Below, piece after piece: positions 11,140 to 25,257 of a stretch of 64,000 nucleotides of DNA. This DNA comes from Paraspadella gotoi (lineage: Eukaryota > Animalia > Chaetognatha): positions 12,949,039-13,013,038 of the forward strand of contig CM119271.1 of NCBI GenBank assembly GCA_051294375.1. Direction: 5' to 3'. Numbering within the stretch: the stretch's first letter is position 1; each line of letters opens with the position of its first letter. The notes under the pieces are model-generated. The model saw only the letters and a list, made by a program, of their open reading frames with translations, did no database searches and was not told the origin of the DNA. The position numbers and the translations under genes are program-made.

Positions 11140-13600
11140 TACAACTTTTACGATATTAATAACCTATTATCAACTAAACTGCATAGCCTAAAAATACATG
11201 ATACTCTAATCTGCTAGTAAACTATGATCATCATAATTACTCAAAATAATGCAAGAATATAAATACACAAATCTTTAATGATAGCAGTTCTTAATCTATA
11301 CATAATACTTACGCAAAAAAGCTGATGCGGCGCAATCACAGAGAGACCGAGACACAGTACGACTAATAGCAACTTTCATTTAACTTCAAAGTTAAGATCT
11401 TATAGCATTAAAGCCGAATTGTGTGCTCTATTCACGCATTGGCTGCAAGTCATGGGCATCCGTGAAGGGGCTCGGTGTCGCCGTTTCGGCGCCGTCCTTC
11501 GGGCTTACCGTCTGTTACATGATGTGAGTCTGATCCGAATATCCAAATGTCCGCTCTTCACTTGTTTGTATTCTCACTTTTTTTTCTGTCTCGACGCGAA
11601 AAAAAGCTTGCGCGGACTCATTAGTAGACAGAGTTAAACATCGGTTCTAACATATCGACGGGGGTCCAGATTCCAAATCGTTAAAGTAATCTGACGACAA
11701 GGCGAGCTTCGTTGAGACAGAAGTCGAAATCGTTAAATGTACCTGACGACCAAGGTATATATGTCAATTAGGTGCCTTCACCTGCCAGGAGAGCGCCATC
11801 TTTACAGCAAAGATTATTCGCTCTCAAATCGAGGCTCCTGTTTAGGGACGCGCTCACAAATTTGTAATTATCAGCTCGGCCAAATCCGACAGTGGGCCCT
11901 GTCTTTAAAGTAGCGCGATCTCTCTATAATCTAACCTCAAGTAAACAAGAACTGGCTTGGCCATACCGAGAGAAAATATCTTCTTAACTATTAGAAACTT
12001 GGTTTTAGCTCGAAATTTGACATAACGTTAGCGCCTCCTCTAAAATTATTTCATTATCACCCGTATTATTACATTCATTCATTCATTCATTCATTCATTT
12101 GATATTCATTCATTCATTCATTCATTCATTTTATCCTCTATTCATTCATTCATTCAATTCAACTCCATATTAAAAACATACAATACATAACACACCTTGG
12201 CATATCGTATCTCATACGTTTATAAATTAAATAAATGTTTGTGAGTTGTTTATTTATTTCAGTTTGTCCATTTCAATCAATAAACACATATTTACTCAAA
12301 TTTCCTTCCTTAAATAATTCTCGTACTGTAACAATTCTTTTATTGTTATAGCATATAACTGAATTCTATCACGAAAATTTTATCTTTTACTCTTAATGAG
12401 TCTCTCGACAAGCTCCATATGATTTTCGAAAGACGCACGACGAACGGACGAAATCGCACAGAGCACGACGACTGTGACCTTCTCTGCAAAAAGCTAATTT
12501 GGCGGTACAACGAAGCCTGAAAACTTTTCCCTTCGTAAGAATAGCAAAAGTTGCCTGAGAGGAAGAGAGTGGAGGGAGAAGGGGAGGAGGAAAGAAGGAA
12601 AGGTCGAGGAAGAGAGTAGAGAGACAATAAGCCAGAAGAGAGTCACTAACGCGAAAAGAATACCTACTGAATCAAGAGTAAGGAGGAAGATGGAAAAGTA
12701 CGAAAGATAAGAAGAACATAAACGTAGATGTAAGGAGTGTACATCTCCCACACCGGGTGAGACAAGCTAAAGACAGAGAGAGAGAGTAGTGAGCAGTATG
12801 AGAAGCCAAATATCCTAAATCTGATTCTTTGAGAATCTACCAAATCCTAAATCTGAACTCTCCAGAAAATCTACCAAATGCCGTAAACTCAAGATCTCCG
12901 CAAATCTGCCAAAATCCTATAATCTGGTATCTCCCAAATAGCTACAATCCTAATGCTAGTACTTGCAATCTACTATAGAAAGTCCTACATATTACTGATC
13001 TCGTCCAAAAACTACAGAAAGAAGAGAGATCTAAGATCAGACGTCTCCAAAATCTACCGAAATTCCTAATCAGATCCCCAACATTCTACCAAAATCCTAA
13101 GATCATTTGATCTCAAAATCTACTAAATCGCCTAAATCAGTCCCCAAATCGACCAAATCCTAAAGAGACTCCAAATCTACTATCCTGTAATACTGCATGT
13201 TTCTACCAAGTACGCTTACTAGAGTTCCAATCCTATCCCCAAATTCTCCTTCAACCAAACGGCAATGTCCGTCTCCTTCCGCAAGCAGAGACCGAAGAGC
13301 GCGACGTCTTGATATATACGCCTCGCGGGTCGCCAGGCGCCGCGTACGCGCCGGATCGGGAGAGAGAGGTTAGTGAATAAGTGAGCGCGGAATTTAGCGA
13401 GAGAAGAAGAGGAAGGAGAGAAGGACACGAAGTGTGACAGATGCGAAAGAGATGACGATTCGAGGAAATAGACTCTTGAGACAGCAGAACACGACACAGA
13501 GAGAACATGGTAAGCGCATGATGAGTGACGGAAATAGTCACACAGGCAGATCTGACTCTTTATATAAAGAACTAGTTGGATCCATAAGTAGTCACCTCGT
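11140..13600. repeat. Mosaic of noisy copies of sequence found elsewhere in the window
   Basis: 11140-11600 is roughly the reverse complement of 18650-19000. 11640-12760 matches 38190-39010. 12800-13350 is roughly the reverse complement of 17860-18400. Confidence 0.7.
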
Positions 13601-13619
13601 CGCTCTGATTCCATATCAT

Positions 13620-16600
13620 CGCCTGCCTGATCCGTACCGTCTATCCTTGTCCTTTCCACTCTCTTCCCTGCTTCTGGTTCTTCCTACCTCCCTCTCCTTC
13701 TCTCCTTTACTCTTTTTAGCCGAAAAACTTTTTTTCATTCTAAAAAAAAAAACCCTTAAAACGTTGTTCCTTTGTCTAGATTTTTTTTTTTCTTTCTTCC
13801 TATACTCCCGTCGCATACGAGCAGATTGAGAGACTCTCTCTAACACTCAGGCTACAAGCGAAATTGGATTCGACACCCAGCGACGATGCTTGTAGATGAA
13901 GAGTGATAATTCTTCGAAGCCTCTAAGGTAATCATGAGCTTCAAGACGACGGAAGAGACGAATCACAGACGGAACGATCACGGGAAGCGGAAAGGAGAGA
14001 AGAAGATAGTACCAGAATGAATACCAACTAACACTGTACCCAACGGCACCAGCTCTCGAAAAGCCGGCTGGAATGTGGTGGAAAATACGTTACACCAGTA
14101 CGCGCTGTCGCAAAGGTCGCATTAAAAGGCGCACGTACGTAACTATATACGTCCTAGCAACGGGCAATAAAATCTTTATAGCACTCCCTCACTCCTGAGC
14201 ACATGCATCATTTCTCAAGTTCGGTGGGACCATGCCGACCGTACTGTACATAACTACGTGCGCCGCCCTCACCTCAGCGTTGTAAATGTGCGTCCGAACC
14301 ACACGTAAGCAGTCCCGGCGCGCTCCTGCTGCATAGTCGCACCTTGTACAGGGATCCCGTACGAAACTAAGGAAATTGAAGAGGATAACGCGGGTTGGTT
14401 ACCCAGAGGCGTGGGTATCGATCCGGCTGGAAAAGTTATAGACGGAGCAGAGACGTAGATCGATTAAATGCTGCTCAGAAATCATTGCAATAGGTAGCTA
14501 CGGGAATAAAAGTCTCCACAATAGACGAACCTAACATAGGCGAGACAGAAGACTGCTGACGACTCCTAATATGACGATCTTAGACGAACAAGAACGATCG
14601 GTCAGACCCGAGGACACATGAACGATGCACGATGAAAGGACGACGATACCGACTCGTAGACGATAACGCATACTCGTCTCGCTAACAATACGGCACGATT
14701 ACGCACCGTACTTACCATAGTCTTCTCATACTACCTCGCATTCCACGAAACCATAGGCTCGTATCGATGTTTTCCCTCCTTCCTCCTCGCGTTCTATAAC
14801 CAGTAACGTGAAGCACGCTTGCTGTTTCTTATTCGGTCATTCTCCTCAATCACTACTGTAATTTTCATTATATTGAATATTCCACATTTACTGATAATCC
14901 TTTACTATCGTGCTATACTATCAATTCTAACTTAGCCTAATCCACCCATCGATCCGACCCGGACTGACTCGACACCGACGAAGAATTCTCTTGCTCGACA
15001 CATAATTCCTGTTCTCTCTGTTTGCTTACTTCTAATATCCATCATCATCATACTCTCTCTCTCTTCCCTCTCTCTCTCTCTTCTCTCCCGGAGTCCGCCC
15101 CACTGCTCTCCTATCTCTGCTCCCTTGACCTACTTTCACTCTCCACTCTTCAGCCTTCCTTACACTCCTCCTCCTCCCGTCCCGTTCCTCCTCTCGCATT
15201 CCTCACTCTATCATACCTCCTGATCTCGGGACGCAAAATCATCTTACTCTATATTCTTCCGTCAAGCAAACATGTTCTCCTCTCTCTATCGATAGCAGGT
15301 ATTTTTGGTTAATAAATCAGGACAATCAATAAATTCAATGGTAGCCTATCTACGCAAGCCAAATCAAAAAGTCATACATGGAGCCTATCTACCCAAGCAA
15401 ATCAATCAATAAATCAACTGGCAGCTATTACCAAGCAAATAAATCACTTAATTCAATGGTAGCTATCCTACCGACCAAATTCAACAGCGGTTAATCAACT
15501 GAGTAGCCTATCCTACCAAAGCAACAATCACACTTAAATCGACACCACCATATAACGAGAAAATCCCCAACTATCAATAATCTACTGAAGATCGAGTACT
15601 AATAATAAAATCACTAAAGCCGACTCAACTAGCTACAACCATCGACCCCTAGCACAAATAAATCAATCAATTCAATCATTCACTCTCACTCTACTCATCA
15701 CTGATCTGCTAAAGCTCCACTAATGGAATCTCTAAGAGCGATCGCCAGTCAAATGCATCTCAGTCGACCCTCCTCTGCCAATTTATCGCCATCGTCTACT
15801 TAATTGATAAATTTGTTAATTATAGTTGTTTGACATATGTAGACCTAAGTTATTTTCGATATGACATTTCACATGGTTGCTCTCGTCTTCACTGCACCCC
15901 GATTCTCCTGCACTTCATACATACTGGAATCACTCGACTCATGAGCGAACAAAGCACTCAACTGGGACGCCTCTGAGCTCTCCGGCTCTGTCCGACCCTC
16001 GACCTGCAAAATTCTCTCTCTCTCTCTCTCTCTCATACTCTCTCTCTCTGTGCGAGTCTCTCTCACTGAGAAGCGACTAACATAACGGACGGCAGTGTAT
16101 ACAGCGCGCTCCATAACACGCGAACAAGATCTTTTTTTCGTTTGCCCTCTCCCGTCGCTAGTGCGACTGGGTTCCGATTAATTGAGTTGTTTCGGAAGAG
16201 GGGATAGCAACTGGAGCATTCGTCGATAAAAGACAGACGAGAGTACATCGTCGTCCCATCGGTCAGTACGTACGAAGAAAGGAATCTATTGAGCAACAAA
16301 GGACAATCGCCGTTCGAACTTTAAGCGGAAATTGCAGATAACGGTTCATCGTATGGAGATAAATAGGCGTCGTCGTCTTCAGATTGTAGCCATCGGTCTA
16401 GTGTCCCGTTTCGCATTCAATTTAAGCACCGGTTCAAATTAGTCGTCGTCGTCGTCCCGTCGTCGTCGATCGTCATATTTTAATTTCATTCCTTTTGCCA
16501 CATCGTTATACGTCGTTGTCCTTGATGCGTCGTCGTCGTCGTCTCGTTGGAAATCATTGTTCCTCCAAATGGACAAAGAGGGACATGAGAGAGAGAGACC

Positions 16601-16819
16601 CGAGAGAGAGAGAAGGCAGAAGGTCAAGAGGAAGAAGAGACCGAGAAAGAAAGAGGAACAAGAGAAAGAAAGTGAAAGAAAGAAAGAAGAAAGAAAGAGA
16701 AAGAAAGAAAGGAAGAGAGAGAGAAAGAGAGGAAGAGGAGAGAGACGAGATATAGGACGAGAAGAGAGGAAGAGAGAGAAAGAGAAGAGAGAGAGGAAGA
16801 GTAGACGAGAGAGAGGGAT

Positions 16820-16850
<31 letters not shown>

Positions 16851-17737
16851 GCCAAAAAGAAGACAAGAAAGATGAGAGAAAACAGAGAGAGAGAGAGAGA
16901 GAACAGAGAGAGAGAGAGTGAAGAGAAGAGAGAAAGGAGAAAGGAGGAAGAGAGAGAAGAGAGAGAGAGAGAGAAAGAGAGAGACGAGAGGAAAGAAAAG
17001 AGAGAGAGAGAGAGAAGAGAGGAAGGAGAAGAGAAACAGAAGAGAAAGAGAGAGAGAGAGAGAAGAGAAAGAGAGAGAGAAGAGAGAGAGAGCAGAGAGA
17101 GAGAGAAGGAGAGAGAGGAGAGTTGATAGAAAGGAAGAAAGAGGAGAATTGAGAAGAGAGGAGATTCTCCTTTAAGTCTCATCGACTTTCGCCCTATAAT
17201 TATAATTTGTCAACGTTCGCTACAACGCTAACACTAAACTTCAGTGGGACGAAAGGGAGAGGAGAGACGGACGACGGTGAGGAAGAGAAGCGAGATTAGA
17301 GGAAGAGAGAGAGACAGAGATAGAGAGAGACAGAGACAAAGAGACGCTTTTGATTATATTTCCCTGTGGCGTTTAAACTGTTACAGGTTTATATTTTGGA
17401 CAAGCGATTATGTTGTCATTCACGCTGTTGCGTGTTGTTTTGTTGTTGTTTATATTTAGGCATACTTTGCCTCCGTCGTCGCGTCGTCGTCGTCGTCGTC
17501 GTCCTTGAAAAGTCATTACAATAGACGAGGTTGATCAGTGACAAGAGTCGCTTTTCGGGGCGGAAATTCCTGTTTTAGCCTGAGCCGGTAGAGAGAGAGG
17601 GCGAGTCAGATAGAGGTGAGCGAGACGAGACAAGGAGCGCCCAGTGACATTCTTTCCTTCTTCCCCGGGCGTTTCTTCGCGTCTCTATCACTGTCTATAT
17701 TTCTTTGTGACTCTCTCTCTCTCTGTCTCTGTATCTG

Positions 17738-17774
<37 letters not shown>

Positions 17775-17800
17775 GGTCTCTCTCCTTCTCTCTCTCTCTC
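13620..17800 (+). repeat. Noisy direct copy of ~2480-3480 joined to ~6890-9440 (and 10970-11110), lacking the LINE
   Basis: Shared anchors: aaccttaaaacgttgttcctttgtctaga (2625/13751), ctcccggagtc..ccgcccca (6889/15085), the 40-bp minisatellite, cagattgtagccatcggtc (8068/16380), tttaggcatactttgcctccgtcg (9287/17455). Confidence 0.85.
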
Positions 17801-17942
17801 GCTAATTNNNNNNNNNNNNNNNNNNNNNNNNNCCCGCCATAAAACCTTCTCCGACCGGCGGAGGGCGCTGCGACCCGCGACGCGTAAATCAACGTCGACG
17901 CCTTCGTCGCTTGAAGGGAGACGGACTTGCATTTGGTGGAGG

Positions 17943-18512
17943 AGATTTGGGGATCAGATTTAGGATTTAGTAGATTTGGAGATCAGATTAAGGATTTAGT
18001 AGATTTGGAGATCTCATTTAGGATTTGGTAGATTTGGGGATCTGATTTAGGATTTAGTAGATTTGGGGATCTGATTTAGGATTTGGTAGATTTGGGGATC
18101 TGATTTAGGATTTGGTAGATTTGGAGATCAGATTTAGGATTTGGTAGATTTGGAGATCAGATTTAGGATTTAGTAGATTTGAAGATCAGATTTAGGTTAT
18201 GGTAGATTTGGGGATCAGATTTAGGATTTGGCAGATTTGGAGATCTGATTTAGGATTTGGTAGATTTAAAGATCAGATTTAGGATTTGGTAGATTTGGAG
18301 ATCTGATTTAGGATTTGGTAGATTTGGAGATCTGATTTAGGATTTGGTAGATTTGGAGATCTGATTTAGGATTTGGTAGATTTGGAGATCAGGTTAACAA
18401 AGATTTGGTAGATTTGGGAATTTGGCAGTTTTGTGATTAGGTAGACAAAATATTTGGTTAGATTTGGGGTTTCAGTTAGATTTAGGATTTGGTAGATTTA
18501 GGGATCAGATTA
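17943..18512. repeat. 29-bp minisatellite (about 16 clean units plus a degenerate tail)
   Basis: Unit gatttggagatc(a/t)gatttaggatttggta. Strongly G/T strand-biased, with one TTAGG per unit. Confidence 0.95.
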
Positions 18513-19145
18513 AACGAAGGATTCGGGGATCAATTGGACCAAACGATTTAGAATATTTGGGGATCGTCCTCAGGTGGACCAAGATTTGGTCTCTCTCTTC
18601 GTTTCGCTTTGAAATCTCTTTTTCTGACCCGCGATTTACTTAATTTGCGAATTTTTTTCGCTCGAACGAAAAAAAAAGTGAGAATAAAGGAAGAGCGGAC
18701 ATTGGATTATTTCAGACTCACCCATTAACGCTAACCCGGCGCCCAACGCCACCGCCCCTTCCGGATGCCCATCCTTTGCCTCTAATGCAACAATTCGTCT
18801 TTTTATGCTTTAAATCTTAACTTTAAGTTAAATGAAATTGCTTGTCGTCTTGTCTCGCTCTCTGGTATTCCCTCACTTTTTTGGGTTATTTATTTATTAA
18901 ACTCTTCATTAAATATTTTTTTATTTATTTATATTTTTTATATTTATTCATTTACTCATTAATTCATGTATTTTTTTCATTTAGTTATATATTTATTTAT
19001 TAATTTTTGTCCTCGACATCGATTCGATGGGAGAAACAAATTAACGAACGATCGGTCATCGACCAATCCGGCAACCAAATAGCAAACCAGAACTGAAAAG
19101 GCGCAAACGTTGGCAGAAAAAAAAAGGCCTCTGGGTTTCCAGTTG

Positions 19146-19183
<38 letters not shown>

Positions 19184-19502
19184 CTCCTCCTCCTTTCCTC
19201 CCTCCCCCTTTTCCAGTTTTTATTTTCTCATTATTTTTTTTTTTAAATAAAAAAAAAATGCAAATCAGTTTTTGTTCATTTTTTTTTTGGTTTCCGTCGA
19301 AACGAAAAATAAAAATTTAAAATCCGTGGCGCTAATTAAATTCTTCGCCGGAAGAGATGGCGTCGTATTGACGAAGGATTACGAAAGGTGGCGCCAAATC
19401 AATGGCGCTGATGTGACTTTAATTATAGATGGCGTTCTACGGACAAAAGAGGGGGTCATTCCAAGTTAGAGAGACGGCGTTTTTGTCTAAATGTCATGGC
19501 GT

Positions 19503-19825
19503 TATTCATTCATTCATTCATTCATTCATTCATTCATTCATATCATTCCATTCATTCATTCAATTTCTTCATTCATCATTCATTCATCTCATATCATTCA
19601 TTCATTCATTCATTCAATCCTTCATGTCATTCAATCACTCATATCATTTCATTCATTCATATCATTCATTCATTCATTCATTCATTCATTCCATTTTATT
19701 CATTCATTTCATTTATTCATTCATCACTCATCTTCTTCATTCATTCATTCATTCATTCATTCAATTCATTCATTCATTCATTATTCATTAATTCATGTCA
19801 TCATTCAATTGCATATGTCATTCAT
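19503..19825. repeat. Degenerate (ATTC)n microsatellite
   Basis: Seen directly; source of the HSFI ORFs. Others at ~12073-12160, 24472-24525, 28228-28350, 31461-31568 and 38440-38537. Confidence 0.95.
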
Positions 19826-20137
19826 TTTAGTTTTTATGTTTGATTATTTTCTATACCTATATCCTGCTGCCGAGGGTCGCGCGTTCTGAAGCGGCCGGGT
19901 CGGCCGTTGGAATGAACTGCAGGACGCAAAGATTCCTAAATTTGAATTTTTTAANNNNNNNNNNNNNNNNNNNNNNNNNNNNNNNNNNNATTCATTAATT
20001 CATTCATTCATTCATTCATTCATTCATTTTTAGTTTTTATGTTTATTATTTTCTATACCTGCGAGGGTCGCGCGTTCGAGGCGTCGGCCGTTGGATGAAC
20101 TGCAAGGAGCAAAGATTCCTAAATTTTGATTTTTTAG

Positions 20138-20172
<35 letters not shown>

Positions 20173-20663
20173 NNNNNNNNNNNNNNNNNNNNNNNNNNNN
20201 NNNNNNNNNNNNNNNNNNNNNNNNNNNNNNNNNNNNNNNNNNNNNNNNNNNNNNNNNNNNNNNNNNNNNNNNNNNNNNNNNNNNNNNNNNNNNNNNNNNN
20301 NNNNNNNNNNNNNNNNNNNNNNNNNNNNNNNNNNNNNNNNNNNNNNNNNNNNNNNNNNNNNNNNNNNNNNNNNNNNNNNNNNNNNNNNNNNNNNNNNNNN
20401 NNNNNNNNNNNNNNNNNNNNNNNNNNNNNNNNNNNNNNNNNNNNNNNNNNNNNNNNNNNNGAGAGAAAAAAAGGAACCATCTCCACTCATCTGGCAGATG
20501 GAATTGGCGATTGCATTGATTCCCGCCTTCGTTATGACGTTGTTGTCGTCGTTGTTGTTGTTGTTGTTGTTGTGATGGTGGCGTCTGTTTCTGCGTCTTC
20601 AAAGGATACAAGAGGGAAAGTAATTCCATCTTTAATTCTTTTTTAATCGTTTTCTTTTATTTC

Positions 20664-21062
20664 TTTTTTTTAGTTGTGCCGCTTGTACTCGCGGAGCAAC
20701 TCTATGTTATATAAATTACTTTTCGGTTTGTCTGTCAGTCTGTCTGTCAGTCGATATGTCTGTCCAACTTAACTCGCTTATATAGTTAGTTTCTCATTTG
20801 TTAAGACAAGAAAAAATCTCAAATCTAAGGGACTGCAGGACTGCTAGCGCTGCCTCCAGGAAATATTTAAAACTATAAAGAATTAAAGACAGAATTTTGA
20901 TTCAGTGCATGTCATAAATACAAGGGCTAAGACAGTTTTTTAGTCATTTTATGTCATGTCATGTCATGTCATGTTACGTCATATCATGTGATCAAAGGGA
21001 AAAACACATGAAAATAAAGTCACTGCGGCGCAACACATTGGAATCACCGTTCTTGTTTTTCT
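20664..21062 (+). mobile_element. HINE/DINE-1-like element, full-length copy
   Basis: ttttAGTTGTGCCGC...GCAACTcta, (GTCT)n core, (GTCAT)n tract, 3' end aaagtcactGCGGCGCAACacattgga...cttgtttt. Colinear with 196-536 but diverged by substitutions, so a genuine paralogous insertion. Confidence 0.65.
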
Positions 21063-21123
21063 TTTTCCTTTCTCCGCCTCTCATTAACGTCTTCGGTCTT
21101 TTATGTCTCTCTCTTTCTCTCTC

Positions 21124-21154
<31 letters not shown>

Positions 21155-21179
21155 NNNNNNNNNNNNNNNNNNNNNNNNN

Positions 21180-21424
21180 TTTCCCGCGCCCCCGGTAACT
21201 TCTAGATCCGGGCGGCGTTATATCTACGTAATAAAGTGATTACGAAGTGATTTGACTGAATAAAGATTTAAAAAGTTTAAAAAAAGAGTTTAAACAAGTG
21301 AACGATGATTCCCAGAAGAGCAAAACGGATTAAAAAGTGAAGAACATTCACGAAGAATTCAGGGAAAAATAAATTTTTACGGTTCGTTAAGGTTTTGGAA
21401 AGGAATTAAACGCAAGGTGTGTGT

Positions 21425-21521
<97 letters not shown>

Positions 21522-22541
21522 GACTATAGTAAATAAAGTAGTCGAATTCGAAAAAAATCAGCGCGCGGAATCGATAAAAAAAATGAAATAATAAGAAATG
21601 CGGGAAAAAACTTAAAAAAGATTAAAGACTTTAGTCTTCTTTCTCTCTGTCTCTTTCTCTCGTCGGCTCGTTCTCTCTCTCTATCTCTCTTCTCTCTCCT
21701 CTCTCTGCTCTCTCTCTCGTCTCTTCTCCTCTCTCTCCTCTCTTTTTCTCCTCTTCTTCTTATCAATCCAACCGTCAAAGACGGGCAGAATTGGCTCAAA
21801 CTCGTCTTTTGGCGTTTTCATCGAAAATTTTTTAAATATTTTTTTTAAATTTTCTCTTCTTCCTTTTTTTTAAAATTCATTCACTGTCGTATTTTAATCT
21901 CTTATTACATTCATTACCTCGTTCATTTTCCTTATTTGTTCACTAAATTAATTCCAATCGTTCGTTCATTACTTCATTCATTTATTTCCTTAAATCATTC
22001 ATCTTTTTCAGTTTTCTTCTGTGTTGGTCGTCGTCGTGTCTCCGTCGTTGTCGTCCGTCGTCGTCGGTCCGTCCGTCGGTCGTCGTCGTCGTCCGTCCGC
22101 GTCGTCCGTCGTCCGCTTCGAAAACCTTGACACCTTTCGTCTGCTTCGCGATTCACCACGATTCGCGAATTCACGACTCTTAATCTTCACTGAAAATCTT
22201 TTACATTCACAGAAACACGTGGCCTGTCGAGACTTGACAGTGAAATTCACTGCGCTCCTCACTATCTCCCTCCTCTCGGTCCTCGTCTCCTCTATCCTCT
22301 CTCTGCCCTCTCTCTTCTCTTGGACGTCCGTGAAAGACTCACCAAAAAAAGAATTCACTCTTCGCGATTCCAAAAGGAAAAGACGAAACTCTCGTCGGTC
22401 AAGGTCAGTCCGGTCTTGTCGGTAAAGTCGGTCAGTCGTCGTCGGGGGCGGCTATTTTCGGGGAGAGAGAGAGAAAGAGAAAGAAAGAAATAAGCCCTAA
22501 GAGAGAAGAAGAGAGAGACAGTGACAAACACAGAGAAAAGA

Positions 22542-22600
<59 letters not shown>

Positions 22601-22750
22601 AGAGAAGAAGAGAGAGAAGAAGAGAGAGGATATGAATTAAAGTAAAAGGAGATGAGTACGCCTTATAGTAACAGGAAGGAAACGAGAAAAGGAAATTGGT
22701 AATGAATAATAATCGAAGGAGAAAGTAGGATTATGAATAAATTAAAAAAG

Positions 22751-22824
<74 letters not shown>

Positions 22825-22943
22825 AATGAATTAAGTAAAAGGAGATGAGTACGCCTTATAGTAGGAAGGAAACGAGAAAAGGAAATTGGTAATGGAATAA
22901 TATCGAAGGAGAAAGTAAGGATTATGAATAAATTAAAAAGAAA

Positions 22944-23020
<77 letters not shown>

Positions 23021-23830
23021 ACAGAGCTAAGAAGAGAGACAAAGGATCAATTTTCACAATATTGCAAGATATATTACTTTGAAAATTAATAATAAAGAAC
23101 TTTGCTTTGGTCAAAAGCAAATAAAGCGAATTTAAAAGCAGAGACGTCAATCGCAGAAAGGAAAAAGTTCCGAGAGGTCAACGTCAAGTGGGTCATTCAC
23201 TGAAATCGGCGAACGATGGGAACCCGACGCCGAAAAGAGACGGCGACGACGACGACGGATGACGACGACGACGATGAAAAACGAACGAGACGACGATGAA
23301 GAAAACGAATGAACGGCGAACAACTACGGATGAAACGATGACGCACGACGACGACGAATGACGACGACGGACGATGACCGATCGTGAATCTCATCAACGA
23401 CGGACGACGACAATCGATGGGCAAACCCGGTGAACGGAGAGTGAGAGGAGCGGCGATGGGGACCGATAAAGACGACGATGTACGATGACAAGATTTATTG
23501 ATCATAGACAAAAGACTATGACGGATCATGACAGATACTGACGACGGCCCGAGCTGACATTTATATGACGGAATGACAAAGAGGACGAAGAAGACGAATG
23601 ATGACGCACGATCGATGACAAGAACAGAAATAATAACTAGAATGAAGACAAGTCAACGATTGATGACAACGATAAGACTTTAATGACAATGAGGAACGAC
23701 ATCCTCCTTTGCCTGAAGTTTGAGATCTTTTTATGGGAAAGGACGAATGAGTTTTACGAAGGCGAATTAAGCGATCTCTCTCGCTCTCTCCTCTCTCTCT
23801 CTCTCACTCTCCTCTCTCTCTCTCTCTCTC

Positions 23831-23875
<45 letters not shown>

Positions 23876-23946
23876 GTATATTATTCTTATCACGGGTCGT
23901 GAGCTTAAGGTAAATTCGTGCAAGAATTAAGGATCGACTCTTCTCA

Positions 23947-23993
<47 letters not shown>

Positions 23994-24852
23994 TCTCTCT
24001 GTCCTTTAGCTTTGTCTACCCGTTGGATCTCCCTTACATTCTTTGGTTTGCTTCTTATTCGCGCTTTCCTTCTTCCTCTTCTCTTGATCAGTATATTTTC
24101 CCTCCTCCTCCTTTTCTCTCTCTCCTTCCTCTTTCCCTCCTCCCCTTCTCCCTCTCACTCACTCCTCCCACTCTATTCTTCAAGGGAATTTCAGCTTCGT
24201 TGACCCAAAAGCTTTCAAAGGTCACAGTCGTCGTCGTCGTCGTGTCCGTCGTCGTCGTCGAGTCGTCGTCTTTTTCGAAAATCAATGGACTTTCGAGACA
24301 AAAGAGAAATTATTTTTGCTAAAAAAAAGAATTTTACCATACGAAAATTAAGAAGAAATATTACTTAATGTTAAATTTTTGAAATGAAACTAAAAATAAA
24401 CTACTGCACAACATTTATTTAATTATTAAACTTATGAGATACGAATATGATGTATATTGGTTTTTAATAGATTGAATGAATGAATGAATGAATGAATGAA
24501 ATGATGAATGAATAAATGAATAAAATAAACCAAACGTTATGTTCAAATTTGGAAGATAAAAGTTTAATAGTTAAAATTATTTTCTCGTTGCGGGCCAGTT
24601 CTGTTACTATTTTAAAGGCCCTCTTGAGGGCCCCTTCAAGGCAGCTTAATGCCTCTACAAGGCCTCTTGAGGGGCGTCTTAAAGGCCTCTGAAAGGCCTT
24701 AACAATACCTTGGCCAGGAATCTACGATCTTCTCGCCGCCGGTCGTCAGATTTTACGATTGGAATCTCGATTGGAACGATAAACTCGTCGGCGGCGTCAA
24801 ACACGTGGAATCAAGAGTGAGAGAGAAAGAGAGAGAGGGAGAGAGAGATGAG

Positions 24853-24902
<50 letters not shown>

Positions 24903-25007
24903 AAGAAAGAGAGAGAGAGAGAGAAGAGAAGAGAAAGAGAGAGAGAAGAGAGAGAGGCTGGAGAAGAGAGAAACTCCATTTGGAATAAATGAGAGATGGA
25001 GAAGGAG

Positions 25008-25042
<35 letters not shown>

Positions 25043-25045
25043 GAG

Positions 25046-25076
<31 letters not shown>

Positions 25077-25210
25077 TAGAGAAGAGAGAGATAAAATAAC
25101 TGGTGGTAAAAATGCAAATTCTTTCTTGTCCGCCCCGTTGAAAAACGCAAGAAAAGAAAATCAAAGAAGAGAGAGAGTGGAGAGACGAGAGAGAGAAAGA
25201 GAGAGAGAAG

Positions 25211-25257
<47 letters not shown>

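Noticed and set aside
16439-17182. 247-aa and 189-aa ORFs
   Set aside because: Noisy read through an (AG)n tract corresponding to gap 8295-9010.
22008-22425. 121-aa and 134-aa ORFs with partly complex sequence
   Set aside because: Frames are not preserved among the four copies (22.1, 40.6, 45.9 and 49.2 kb) and no motif is recognisable.
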